A DNA stretch of 64,000 nt from an uncultured Nitrospinota bacterium (GTDB taxonomy: Bacteria > Tectomicrobia > Entotheonellia > J063 > CAVPRW01). Position numbers and translations under genes: made by a program. This document shows, piece by piece, positions 36,809 to 47,759 of this stretch. Every line of letters starts with the position of its first letter. Positions within the stretch are counted from its first letter, which is position 1. The stretch covers positions 83,063-147,062 of the forward strand of contig CAVPRW010000035.1 in NCBI GenBank assembly GCA_963707985.1, written 5' to 3'. The notes beneath the pieces were generated by a model. It had not been told where the DNA came from, made no database searches, and was given only the letters and a program-made list of their open reading frames with translations.

Positions 36809-37927
36809 CTATGGGCGCAGAGCCGACGTGCCATGCCCTTCGGAGTCCGGCTCTGCAATGACCTCAATCGCCCGCTGCGTGGCCGACCAGGCGGGGAACC
36901 AGGAGGAATGCCGACCGTCGCCTCCGGCCACCACCAGGATGAGTTTCTCCGGGTCGGTGATCAGAGGAACCAGGAAGTCCTCCGGCTGGTGTTCCCAGGC
37001 CTCCGGCCAGGAGCGGGCGCCCCAGTGACCGCGGTCGCGCAGTTGCCGCAGCGGCATCCGAGCATGGCGAAAAGTATATTCTTTGATCTCCCTACGGTCG
37101 AACCCCGCGGCGGCGATCTCCGCCGCGTGCTCCGGCCCTAATACAATGACTGGTGAGGCGCCGCGGGACTGGTAATAGTAGCCTGAGATCCCTTCCCCCC
37201 GCATTGAACTCACCAGGGTTTCGAGGTCACCGAGGCCGCTCTCTTGGCTCGACTCGACCACGGTGATGAGTCCCCGGGCCGCCACCACGACTACGATGCT
37301 GGTATCCGGTGCAAAGCCCAACTCCACGTGGAGCGGCTCCCAAGGATTCCGCTCGGCGTTTTCCGCAAAGCACATGGTGTACTTGCCAGGCCAGCCGTGG
37401 GTCGACTTCTCCATCGTATCGGCGGTGGCCCCGCCCAGGTTGCGCATGGCCAGCCGCAGGGCCCGGCCGATGGTGGCGTTGGCGCGGTGGCCAGAGCCCA
37501 AGGCGGCGGTACCACTGTGGATGCCGAGGCGCCCGGCGATGGGTCCACTGACGATCACCACCGGCGCCGCACCTCCTGTCGTGGCGGTAATGGCACCGGC
37601 GTTGAACTGGGGCTGCAGCACTGCCTTCACCGCCGCCAGCACGACCGGGAAGTAGGCCGGCTGGCAGCCAGCCATCACTGCATTAATGGCGACTTTCTCG
37701 ATCGTCACGGTGCCGTTCCGTGGTGGGAGCTGACCGAGCACCTGCGCGGCCGGTGCTGGGGACACCTCCAGCATCGACGAGACGAGGTCTTCGGTCGGTG
37801 GAATGATCGGCAACCCATCCGTCCATCCCTGCTGGTCAAAGTAGTCATTGATGACACTCGGGCTGCCCGGGAGGTCCAGGCGGCTCGCCCGCGTGCTCCC
37901 GGCGTGGGTGCGCGGCCGACTAGCCAT
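36809..37927 (-). CDS. UGSC-associated conserved protein 2
   Basis: GWTDGLPIIPPTE, EKVAINAVMAGC, RANATIGRALRL, PGKY..AEN..PW, VVAGG; paralog of 14820-15880; start overlaps the selenoprotein stop. Confidence 0.8.
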   Translation of the reverse strand: MASRPRTHAGSTRASRLDLPGSPSVINDYFDQQGWTDGLPIIPPTEDLVSSMLEVSPAPAAQVLGQLPPRNGTVTIEKVAINAVMAGCQPAYFPVVLAAVKAVLQPQFNAGAITATTGGAAPVVIVSGPIAGRLGIHSGTAALGSGHRANATIGRALRLAMRNLGGATADTMEKSTHGWPGKYTMCFAENAERNPWEPLHVELGFAPDTSIVVVVAARGLITVVESSQESGLGDLETLVSSMRGEGISGYYYQSRGASPVIVLGPEHAAEIAAAGFDRREIKEYTFRHARMPLRQLRDRGHWGARSWPEAWEHQPEDFLVPLITDPEKLILVVAGGDGRHSSWFPAWSATQRAIEVIAEPDSEGHGTSALRP

Positions 37928-38483
37928 GGTCTCTCTCCTCTCGGGGGGCGAGCAATCCACGGACGACCGCCTCCAGGCTCTGGTGTGCCAGGTCTTGCGC
38001 CTGGGCTCGGGTTTTACTGGCCAGGGGATGCTCGATGACCACCACGGGGTGCTCGGGCAGCCCCAAGGCCTCAGCCCGGAGGCGGGCCGCCTGGGTAAAT
38101 GCCTGGGTAATGACGGTAACCGCGGCGCGGCCCCGCTTTTCGGCTTCAATCCCGTCGTGGAGACCCCACGCCGTGCAGGAGCCTCAGTCGGCCACCGCGT
38201 GGATGATCGCCTCGCATTCGTTGGCCAGTTGATCCAACACCTCACTGGGTGTCGGCAGACTCTGGCTGATTTTGCGGTACGTGACCACGCGGGCCACACC
38301 GTACCCTTGTTGCAGCAGCCGACCCAGCTCCTCGAGATAGACGTTGGCGTTGCGTTTGTGGTTGTCGATGAGCCCCACGGTTGTGCCCTGCAAGCTCGCC
38401 AAGCGGGGCGCCAGGCGCTGTGTCTCGGCGATATCTTCGGCGGCCGGGTGTAACACAGTGACGACGTCGGTGGTGCTGCCCAT
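37920..38483 (-). CDS. UGSC-family selenoprotein 2 (in-frame TGA at 38184-38186)
   Basis: VGLIDNHK..IIHAVAD-TGA-GSCTAWGLHDG..VIEHPLA..; frame stays open to TAG at 37920 with no frameshift. Confidence 0.88.
38150..38183 (-). promoter_or_regulatory. Bacterial SECIS-like hairpin after the Sec codon
   Basis: CGTGGG-GTC-TCCACG upper stem plus TCCTG/CGGGA lower stem; loop G at +20. Confidence 0.65.
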
Positions 38484-38944
38484 CTCCCCATCCTCCAGTT
38501 TTGGAAACGCTCCCGGGTGTGATCGGGATGCGAACGGCCTCGCCCATCACACTCGGATGACTCGCGAATTCAGGCGCATTGTACTCCATTCCAGATGTTG
38601 ACGACAGCGAAGACGTCCCAACATCTGGATCACAACCGTCACCACCGGTGGTTCCCCACCCCGTGGGATAGAGGTGAGAGAACGACAACCGGCAGGTGGT
38701 TCGTCGTCCTCCGTCGGAACAGTACGGTCTTGGCGCGATGATATAGTGGACATGACTTTGCCCGTAAGCCTTCTCGGGGCATTCATGGGAGTCCAGTGCG
38801 GCCTGTGCTATGATGATACGGCCCGATAGCATGGCAGCAGGTGACGCATGGCAACGGCACTTTTGCAGGCGCGCCGTGTGCTATCCAGGCACACCGCCAC
38901 GGCGCCCATCAGCGCGGAGGCTTTTGATGATGACAGGAGGCCAG

Positions 38945-40234
38945 ATGAACTCGCACGCGGCGGCCATAAGGCCCGCGTCTTACGGGTACGGCACCATCCT
39001 GGCGGGCGCTGCGGATGAGGCACGCAAGTCCACCCAGGGACGCCGCATGATCCGTGAACGCGTCATGGCTCTGGGCCAGGACAGCATCTATAACCTCACC
39101 GGCCTGGTCCGCACCTTCCCACTCCAACCCCAGGATCTCGAGCCCCTGGAGAACCAGTTTACCTACTACACCCACTTCCTCGGGCGTGCCGAACCTCTGG
39201 CGCTGCACTACACGGGAGCCGATCCGGAGGCGTGCAGCGCCGTCCTGTGCAACCGCGTCAGTGCCGCGATGCTCGCCATCATGCTCGGCACCCTCAAGCC
39301 CGGGGAGCGCGTCCTCTCCCTCGTCGCCCAGGGGCGTTCGCACCCGTCGGTGCAACAGGCGGTCGAAGTGATGGGGGGAACGTTTCACGAGGTGCAGGGG
39401 CTAGCCGCCCTGGAGCGTGCCATGCACGAGAGCCCCTGGCATATGCTGGCCATCACGCCGCTCACGCCGTCCATGTACCATCTGCCCGCCGCCGACGTGG
39501 CTGTCGCCATTGACATGGCCAAGGCGGCACAGCTGGTGGTCTTCGTGGATGACGCCCACATGATGGCGCGCAGCGTCTTTTACGACGAACCTGTGGCGTT
39601 TGGCCTGGGAGAGATTGACGTCGCCGTCTGGTCACTCGACAAGCACGTCCCTGGTCCGCGCGGCGCCGCGATCGTGGGCCGCCAAGACCTCATGCAGTCC
39701 ATCATGGCGCAGGCGTTTCAGTTTGGCCTAGAAGCGCAGTCAGGCCACTACGTAGCGATGCTGCGCGGGATGGAAGCCTTCGACCCGGCACCGATACGGC
39801 AGGCCGGGGCGTTAGCCCGCACCCTTTTCCAACGGCTTAGTGCGATGTTTGGCACCCGGCTCTATCAAGGTGGCCCTGGCGTGTCGTTCTCGGCCGACGA
39901 TTTTAGCGAGGTAGTGTATGCGCGGGCACGGACGCGGCAGACCCCCCTGGTGCCGGCGGAGATCGCCATTGCGGGCTGCTTTCTATTGTTGCAGCACCAC
40001 GGCGTCATCACCATCCCCATTACCGGCTACCCTGGCGCCGCCCCGACATTCCGCTTGATGATGCACCCGGACGGCAGGCGCTTGGGACTCGACCGCCTGG
40101 AACGGGCCATCGACGACACGTTTGATCGCACCGCCGGGCTGTTGCAGCAACCCGCCGCCGTGAAAACGCTCCTCCTGGGCGAGGAGCAGCGTGCGGAGGA
40201 GATGCCCCCATGGTGGCAAGGCAGAGCGAGATGA
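38945..40234 (+). CDS. PLP-dependent enzyme, SelA-related / MJ0158-like
   Basis: YNLTGL, NRVSAAMLA, SHPSV, VDDA, SLDKHVPGPR (PLP Lys), QFGLEAQ; RBS AGGAGG. Confidence 0.6.
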   Translation: MNSHAAAIRPASYGYGTILAGAADEARKSTQGRRMIRERVMALGQDSIYNLTGLVRTFPLQPQDLEPLENQFTYYTHFLGRAEPLALHYTGADPEACSAVLCNRVSAAMLAIMLGTLKPGERVLSLVAQGRSHPSVQQAVEVMGGTFHEVQGLAALERAMHESPWHMLAITPLTPSMYHLPAADVAVAIDMAKAAQLVVFVDDAHMMARSVFYDEPVAFGLGEIDVAVWSLDKHVPGPRGAAIVGRQDLMQSIMAQAFQFGLEAQSGHYVAMLRGMEAFDPAPIRQAGALARTLFQRLSAMFGTRLYQGGPGVSFSADDFSEVVYARARTRQTPLVPAEIAIAGCFLLLQHHGVITIPITGYPGAAPTFRLMMHPDGRRLGLDRLERAIDDTFDRTAGLLQQPAAVKTLLLGEEQRAEEMPPWWQGRAR

Positions 40235-41233
40235 TCGCCAATGTGCAACGCTTGCACGAGCATATGGATCGTGACGGCTGCGCCGCCCTCGTCGTGCGGT
40301 CGGGAAAGAATGTGACCTATCTGGCGGGCTTCGCCTATCCATGGACCTTGGCCCGGCACCTCGATTTCCCCGATTCCCCCTGTGAGGTGCTGCTCGTGTG
40401 GCCCCGCCACGACGAGCCCGTGCTCATCGTCAACCACTACGCCGCCCCTCTGGCCCGGCGGGACTCCTGGCTCCGACGTCTCGAAATCTATGATGACTAC
40501 GCCGAATCACCCTATACGCGCACGGCCGATGTGCTCACACAGATGGGGCTGGACCGGGAGACCGTCGGCTTCGAGAAAACCTACCTCAGCGCTGCACGCT
40601 GGGAGGAGATCCGCGGACTGCTCCCCAAGGTCAGGATAGTCGATTGCACGGAAATGATGGCGCAGGTCCGGTGGGTCAAAACCCCTGGGGAGATCGCCCG
40701 CTTAAAGGAGGCGGCTGACCTCCTGGACGAGGCCTATCTGGAAGTCTTTCCCACGGTCGTGGCGAGGGAGACCGAGCGGGACGTCCATAGCCGTCTGGTG
40801 GCGAGCTGCATCCGCCGCGGGGCGCAGTGGGCGCATGGCATTCTCAACTCCAGCCGCAACACGGTGGCCTACGGAGGCGAAGGAGACACCGTGTTCCAGC
40901 CAGGGGATATCATTCGCAACGATTACGTGGCCTATTATCGCGGCTATCCAGGCTATCCAGGGCATCAGTCGCGCACAGTTATCCTCGGCAGACCGTCGGA
41001 GGAACAGAAAAAAACGTATGTCATCATGCGCGACATGTATCGGCGCACCATCGAGCAATGGCGGGTGGGTGTGTCCGCTAGCGCCATCCATGCCTTTGCG
41101 GCGGAGCAGTTTCGCCACCATGGCTACGGCGATCGCGTGTCACTGGTCGGGCATGGGGTGGGGCCCTAGTGGCATCAACAGGAGCCCTATCTTGTAGGCA
41201 CCTGTCAACAGCCGTTGGAGGACGGCATGGCCC
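40210..41233 (+). pseudogene. M24 (Xaa-Pro peptidase/creatinase) family, truncated
   Basis: NVTYLAGF, VRWVKTPGEI, GHGVG followed by TAG, then HQQEP; ends at the IS630. Confidence 0.75.
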
Positions 41234-41235
41234 TA

Positions 41236-42471
41236 GTGTCGCTGGCACGAAGTCATGCAAGTCATTTAAGTAGCGTGCTTCGCGAACCATGTTCGCATGT
41301 TTTGATTGGTCCACGTCCATTCGAATGGACTCGCATACAGCCGGTTGTCTTCCGGCCAGGAGGCGTTGATATGGGCGATACACTCCTGCCGCTCATGCCA
41401 TGCCCCACGCTTCAGATCATGATCACTGAACGCATGGTTCAACAACTCTGCTTGGTTCAGCCAGGAGGCCTGCGCGGGTGTGAAGCGGGGCCGCCACCAC
41501 CAGGGGAACGGTCGGCAGTACTCTCGGGTGCGCGCGGCGGTATGGCTGGGATCGCCATCCTGGATGAGGAACACCCCCCGCAGCCACCGGTGGCGCTGTC
41601 GAAACCGCCTCAGTGCGTGGATGGAGTGCTCGGCATCTTTTTGGGCCACACACGGCTTCCATCCGCCCGGTGTGGACGATCAAGCACACCAGCACGTTGA
41701 CCGTCCCATGTCGCCCGTAGTCGAATGCCTGCTGTGCAATGGCGCCAGGGATCGCACGCCGGAGAGAGGTGCATTCCAAAATCTGCACAGTGGGCATCTC
41801 GTCAACGCACACCACCCACCTGCCGGTGTGAGCCAAGCCGACGGCCTTGGCATCGCACCACAGCACCTGTTCGGCACGGACCCTGACGTGGTCATCCAAG
41901 CGGGCAGTCTTCCAATACCGCGTGCGATGCGGTCGCAGGTCCACCTCCCGCAAGATCTGGCGCATCGTGCGGGGGCTGATGGCGGCAACCATGCCGTCGG
42001 CGACCACGACCTGAGCCAAAGCCCGGCTCGACCAGTGCGTGATGTGCCACCCCTGGGCCATGGGCTCCAGGCCAGCCAATTCGACGATTTGAGCCCGCTG
42101 CAGGGGGGGAAATCTGCTGGGGACGCCCCGCGCGCGGAGCGTCCCTCAGCAGGGCTGCCAGTCCCCCCTGCTCATCGCGACGACAGCGTCGCCAGACCGT
42201 GGCCTCATGACACGGCAGCTGGCGGGCCACCGTTGGCGGGCGTTGTCCAGCACCAACAGCCAACATCATCCGGGCATGTTGCACCTGAAACCAAGGGAGG
42301 GACCGGCTACGAGCCATGCTTTGGAGAAGCGGGACATCGGCAGCTGCGATCTTCAGCGGACGAGGCTTTCGACCACGCATCGGGCCACCTCCTGTGCTGG
42401 GACTCAGGTACGCTTCGTCCCAGTATCGCCACTTGCCCTGAATTTCTTGCATTACTTCGTGCCGGAGACAC
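41236..42471 (-). mobile_element. IS630-family insertion sequence (transposase 42380-41266, split frames)
   Basis: IRs GTGTCGCTGGCACGAAGTCATGCAAG / GTGTCTCCGGCACGAAGTAATGCAAG, flanking TA; CVDE, IQDG, PxxASWLNQAE; TTTCCCCCCC slippery site. Confidence 0.9.
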
Positions 42472-42641
42472 TAGGGCCATCAGCCTCCACACGAGGGAGA
42501 CATGCTCTGCGGTGTGGGTCCACACCGGTCGTGTTCGGGCCACGTGCCCGACATCAGTGACGGGAACATACGAGGGGAAGGGGGTCCGGGAAGCAGCGGT
42601 CCGCGATCGTATACGTATATACCTGAGGGGTCGCGGCATGT

Positions 42642-42880
42642 TCACAGGCCTACGACCTCCGGTGTGATCTTCCATGGCGAGCGATGGGCGTTGAAGGCTT
42701 TGGCCTGATGCCGCTGTACGTCGACCCCCATGGCAGCAAAGAGCCGCCGGTTGTGCCGATGCCCACGCATCCAGCACCGTTCCCGTGCGACGATGTCCTT
42801 GATGACGCCTGGCATAGGCTCTACGGTCTGGCCGCGCCGCTGGCGCAGGAGACGATTGACCGGCCGATTCAGCACGCTGA
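42642..42880 (-). mobile_element. Possible transposase C-terminal remnant
   Basis: RQRRGQTVEP..IKDI..CWMRG..N RxxxEP-type tail. Confidence 0.3.
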
Positions 42881-43169
42881 GCCTCGTGAGTGAACTGAGC
42901 CGGATGGGACGCTCCGTGGGGGACCTCATCACCTGGGTGCCGTCCCCGGCGGGAACCCACGCGGGTCATCGCTCTTCACCGCCGCGCCACCAACAATGCC
43001 ATGGCATGGCCCATCCCAGCCGGGGGCTGGTCTACCTAGCCGGATTCGGCCGGGCAGCGGTGGAACAGCCCGAGGCGTACAGTCGTGGATGCCCTCCGCG
43101 CAACCAGCGAGGTCACGCGTCGTCGACCTCCCAGGGCCTTTGTCCTCTTCACCCGAACGGAGGAACCTT

Positions 43170-45610
43170 ATGGAACGCTACGTGTGCATTCATGGCCACT
43201 TCTACCAGCCCCCTCGGGAGAATCCCTGGCTGGAGGCCATCCAACTGCAGGATTCGGCCTCTCCCTATCACGACTGGAACGAGCGGATCGCCGCCGAATG
43301 CTACGCGCCCAACGCCGCCTCCCGGATTCCTGGACGGCGAGGGTCGCATCGTCAAGATCATCAACAACTATGCCAGGATCAGCTTCGACGTGGGCCCGAC
43401 GCTGCTCTCCTGGCTTGAACACACCACACCGGAGACCTATCAGGCCATTCTGGCGGCGGACCGCGAGAGCCAGAAGAGCTTCTCGGGACACGGCTCGGCG
43501 TTGGCGCAAGCGTACAACCATATGATCCTGCCCTTAGCGAATCGACGTGACCAGTATACGCAGGTTCTCTGGGGGATTCGGGATTTCGAGCATCGCTTCG
43601 GCCGAAAGCCGGAGGGGATGTGGCTCCCCGAAACCGCGGTGGATCTGGAGACCCTTGACATCCTGGCAGCGCTTGGGATCCACTTCACGATCCTCGCCCC
43701 CCATCAGGCCAGCCGGGTGCGAATCATCGGCGATCCCACCTGGAGCGACGTCAGCGGAGGACGGATCGACCCCACCAGGCCTTACCTGCTGCGCCTTCCC
43801 TCGGGACAGCGGATCACCCTCTTCTTCTACGACGGCCCCATCTCCAGGGCGGTGGCCTTTGAGGGCCTGCTCACCGACCGGAGAACACTTCGCCGACCGG
43901 CTCGTGAGCGCCCTGTCGCAGGAGCGCATATGGCCTCAGCTCGTCCATATCGCCACCGACGGTGAGACCTACGGCCATCACCACCGGCATGGTGACATGG
44001 CCTTGGCGTATGCCCTCAATTACATCGACTCGAATTATCTCGCGCGCCTCACGAACTATGGGGAATATCTCGAAAAGCACCGCCCCACGCACCTCGTGGA
44101 GATCATCGGGAACACCTCCTGGAGCTGTACCCACGGGATCGAGCGGTGGCGGAGTGACTGTGGATGCCACTCGGGAAGTCACCCGGCTTGGCATCAGACC
44201 TGGCGGACCCCACTGCGGGAGGCCTTGGATTGGCTCAGGGACACCCTGGCTCCACGCTACGAGTCGCGTATGGGCCAGCTCCTGAGGGATCCCTGGGAGG
44301 CCCGGAACGACTACATCAACGTCATCCTTGATCGCTCGTCGGAGAGCGTGGAGCGGTTCTGGGCCCAGCATGCCGTCCGCACACTCCCTGAGGCGGACCA
44401 GATCACGGTCCTCAAGCTCCTGGAGATGCAGCGCCACCTGATGCTCATGTACACCAGCTGTGGCTGGTTCTTCGATGAGCTGTCAGGGATTGAAACGGTG
44501 CAAGACCTCCAGTATGCCGGGCGAGCCGTTGAACTGGCGGAGGCGCTCTTCTGCGAGCCCATCGAGTCGTCCTGGCTCGAACGGCTGGTGCAGGCGCAGA
44601 GCAACATCCCTGAGCACCGAGACGGCGCCCACATCTACCAGACGGTCGTGAAGCCGGCCATGGTCGATTGGGAGCGGGTCGGCGCCCATTACGCCGTGAG
44701 CTCCTTGTTCGAGGAGTATCCCGAGCGGACACGTATTTATGGCTATACGTTCGACCGCGAGGACGACCAGCGCGTTGAAGCGGGGAAGGCGAAGCTCATT
44801 GTCGGTCGGGCGCTCGCCACCTCCGACACGACCCGCGAGGCCGCCAGGTTGAGCTTTGGCGTCCTGCACATCGGCGACCATCACATCAACGGCGGGGTCC
44901 AACGGTTCCGGGGTGAGGAGGGCTATCGCGTGCTGGTGCAGGAACTCACTGAGGCCTTCACCAAAGCGGATTTCTCCGAGGCGATTCGACTGCTGGATAG
45001 GCATTTCGGGGAGTCGACGTACTCACTCAAATCCCTCTTCCGCGACGAGCAGCGGAAGGTCTTACATCGCATGCTGGCATCGAGTCTGGCGGAGGCGGAA
45101 ACCGTCTATCGGCAGCTCTATGAGCAGCAGGTCCCCCTGATGCGCTTGCTGACCGATCTTGCCATGCCCCTCCCGAAGGCGTTTAGTATGGCCGCCGACT
45201 TCTTCCTCAACACCAATCTCCGGAGGGCCCTGGCACAGGAGGAGCTTGACCTGAACCGCATTATGACCCTTCTGGATGAGGCCACCAGAGGGAAGATCAC
45301 ACTCGACACGGCCGATCTGGGGTATGCCCTCGAGCAGACCCTCCAGCACATCATGGGGCGGCTGGCTGTCCATCCGACCGAGCTCACGATCCTCAAGCAA
45401 TTACAGGCGGCCGCCGCGCTCGCGCATACACTCCCCTTCGAAGTGGACCTGTGGAGAGCGCAGAATGTCTATTATGAACTGCTCAGAGGGGTCTATCCCG
45501 AGTTCCTGGACAAAGCCGACCAGGGGGATGAGGAGGCTCACGCCTGGGTGGAGCGCTTCATCCTGCTCGGGGACGCGCTCCGGGTTCGCGTCCCATCAGT
45601 GGTCGCCTAA
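43170..45610 (+). CDS. GH57 / DUF3536 glycoside hydrolase (two frameshifts)
   Basis: CIHGHFYQPPRENPW, GMWLPETAVD, ATDGETYGHH, SWSCTHGIERW, MYTSCGWFFD. Confidence 0.92.
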
Positions 45611-45770
45611 ATCATGGCATCGACGCCTGCCGTCATGCCGGTTCTGCCGAATCTCAGCCCACCTCCGAGTGTCGACTGAGCAGGATCGCCCAGACTCGCG
45701 ACGCTGACCTGCGCCTCAGGCAGGTGTTTCATGGTTGCTCATGCGCGTGCTGTTGTTGTATGCTCCGCGC

Positions 45771-46182
45771 ATGAGCAATATCGTGGCCCTCTATGACGCT
45801 CCCGACACGCCATCAACCCTGAAGCGCCCGCTCTTCCTCACGTGGGTCGCAGCTGGATTCCCCTCGCCCGCCGACGATCACCTGGACCGTGACCTCGATC
45901 TGCACGAGTTGCTGATTCAGCATCCCGCCGCGACCTACTATGTCCGCCTCTCTGGGGATTCGATGCAGGGCGCGGGACTGTACGACGGTGATATCTTAAC
46001 CGTGGACCGCTCCCTGGAGCCCAAGCACACGGACATCGTGATCGCCGTCCTCAACGGCGAGTTGACCGTGAAGCGCCTGTCCGGCAGGGGGACCTGGTTC
46101 AACTCCGCCCGGCCAATCATCGCTACCCCATCATCACGGTCACCCCGGAGCGCATCGCGATGCGGGCGGCTGGGAGGCGATA
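45771..46182 (+). pseudogene. umuD: UmuD-like S24 peptidase, frameshifted and C-terminally truncated; no umuC
   Basis: VAAGFPSPADD, SGDSM, GELTVKRL; corrected frame ..QLRPANHRYPII.. stops at ~46182. Confidence 0.75.
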
Positions 46183-46256
46183 GGCTTGGGCGAACCAAGA
46201 GGCAGTGGAGTAATCTGCCTGATACTCGATGGTTATGGGGCCAGGAGGGTTATCGA

Positions 46257-47393
46257 ATGGCGGATGGCTGGCTGCCGCCCGATACTTCGTTGGATGATTT
46301 AAAGGTCAAGATCCGTGAGACCTACAGCAACCCCAACGTTCGAAAGATCCATCAGGTTGTTCTCAAAGACGGCCCACAAGCATTTCGGATTGCGACGTTA
46401 CTTGAAGTCGTCGACCGCGAAAGCGGTGACTTTCATCACTATTCGCTCAAGATCGACCATATCGACAAGCGCAAGGGAGGGTGGTTTGCTAAGCCAAGAC
46501 GGTCTACACGTCTTGACGGAGATTCGCCCGACGAAGTCGAAAGACTCTACCGTTTCCTCCATGCCCTTTACCAAAATCACTTCTCCAGTGAGATTGGAGA
46601 GCTTCACGTCATCCGTTCTGAGGACTACGCAAAACTCGAAAAAATGTTGGAGGCCCTTCCCAATTTGGCCACCACGGACAAGCTCCAACTGGTTAAGACG
46701 ATCCTCTCTCACCTTGAAGCATCATCCTCCCATGTCGCCGACTTCGTCGCAGCGTTCCAGAGCAGCAACGCGGAGACACTAAGACATATCGCGGTAGCGT
46801 CACGGATGGTCGAATACAAGAAAGCATATGTGAAGCTCGAAGCTTTAATCGATGATACCTCTACACTAGAAATAGAAATGCAGAAACACTTGACAGAGAA
46901 TCCCTGGATGTTTGGCAGCGAATACAGTGAGCTTTTGCCACGAAGGACCTGGACACGGGATGACAGATTGGACTACATGTTGAGGAGGACTGTGGATGAC
47001 TTCTTGGAAATTATAGAAATCAAGACGCCGTTTAGAGAGGCTCTTTTCATATATGACGATTCGCATGATAGCTTTTACCCGTCGTCGAAACTTTCGCCTG
47101 TTCTAGGCCAGGTAATGCGTTACATCGATGAGGTCGAACGCGCTCGCGATTCAATTCTTGCCAAGGATGATTGCGACACACTAAAGATCCGTGCACGGGC
47201 GATACTAGGACGCGATGGCCCCCCGGGACATCAGGTAGCCCTCCATAATCTTAATGCGCATCTTCACCGAATCGAGATTATCACGTTTGATCAGCTTCTA
47301 CGCATTGCGGCAAGAGTTATTGCCGTGTTCGAAGGAGAGGAAGCAGAAGGCGGAGAAGCCATGGAGAATGATGATAATGACGCGGCGTTCTAA
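46257..47393 (+). CDS. sduA: Shedu anti-phage nuclease (DUF4263)
   Basis: QKHLTENPWMFG, DYML..LEIIEIKTP, LGQVMRY, IEIITFDQLL; own RBS AGGAGG; lower GC than flanks. Confidence 0.8.
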   Translation: MADGWLPPDTSLDDLKVKIRETYSNPNVRKIHQVVLKDGPQAFRIATLLEVVDRESGDFHHYSLKIDHIDKRKGGWFAKPRRSTRLDGDSPDEVERLYRFLHALYQNHFSSEIGELHVIRSEDYAKLEKMLEALPNLATTDKLQLVKTILSHLEASSSHVADFVAAFQSSNAETLRHIAVASRMVEYKKAYVKLEALIDDTSTLEIEMQKHLTENPWMFGSEYSELLPRRTWTRDDRLDYMLRRTVDDFLEIIEIKTPFREALFIYDDSHDSFYPSSKLSPVLGQVMRYIDEVERARDSILAKDDCDTLKIRARAILGRDGPPGHQVALHNLNAHLHRIEIITFDQLLRIAARVIAVFEGEEAEGGEAMENDDNDAAF

Positions 47394-47525
47394 ACCCCTA
47401 CCAATCGCTCCTGTCGACCACCTACAGAGGCGCCTGAGCTTCGCCATGAGGCGCGTGCAGTTTGCTATCTGGCTTCTGTTTGATGCGGCTGCGAAGCAAG
47501 GGGTCACATTCAAAAGACCACATGA

Positions 47526-47759
47526 ATGAACGGTAAGAATCGCAAAGACATCAAGCCAGGGCTGCGGGTGAACATTACGCAGAAGCAAGATCAGCGGAGC
47601 GGAAAGCTCACCGGCGGTATCGTGAAGGACATCCTCACGAAATCTGCTTACCACCCGCACGGCATCAAGGTCCGGCTCGAAACAGGTGAAGTGGGAAGAG
47701 TGCAGGAGATTGTGAAGGCAGGTCATGAGGCTGAGGCCACTGACCGACGGGTGCGATGA
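47526..47759 (+). CDS. YwbE (DUF2196) family protein
   Basis: KQDQRSGKLTGGIVKDILTKS..HPHGIKVRL..GRV. Confidence 0.88.
   Translation: MNGKNRKDIKPGLRVNITQKQDQRSGKLTGGIVKDILTKSAYHPHGIKVRLETGEVGRVQEIVKAGHEAEATDRRVR

Noticed and set aside
36809..38491. 560-aa ORF as a single protein
   Set aside because: The first ~190 aa are an off-frame shadow of the selenoprotein; the real start is ATG 37927
40942..40959. 9-bp tandem duplication GGCTATCCA x2
   Set aside because: In-frame micro-duplication in a truncated gene; no functional signal
45735..47393. 552-aa UmuD-Shedu fusion in the ORF track
   Set aside because: UmuD homology continues in another frame after ~46080 (..RQGDLVQLRPANHRYP) and stops at ~46182; Shedu has its own AGGAGG and ATG at 46257. 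The fusion results from a 1-bp deletion.
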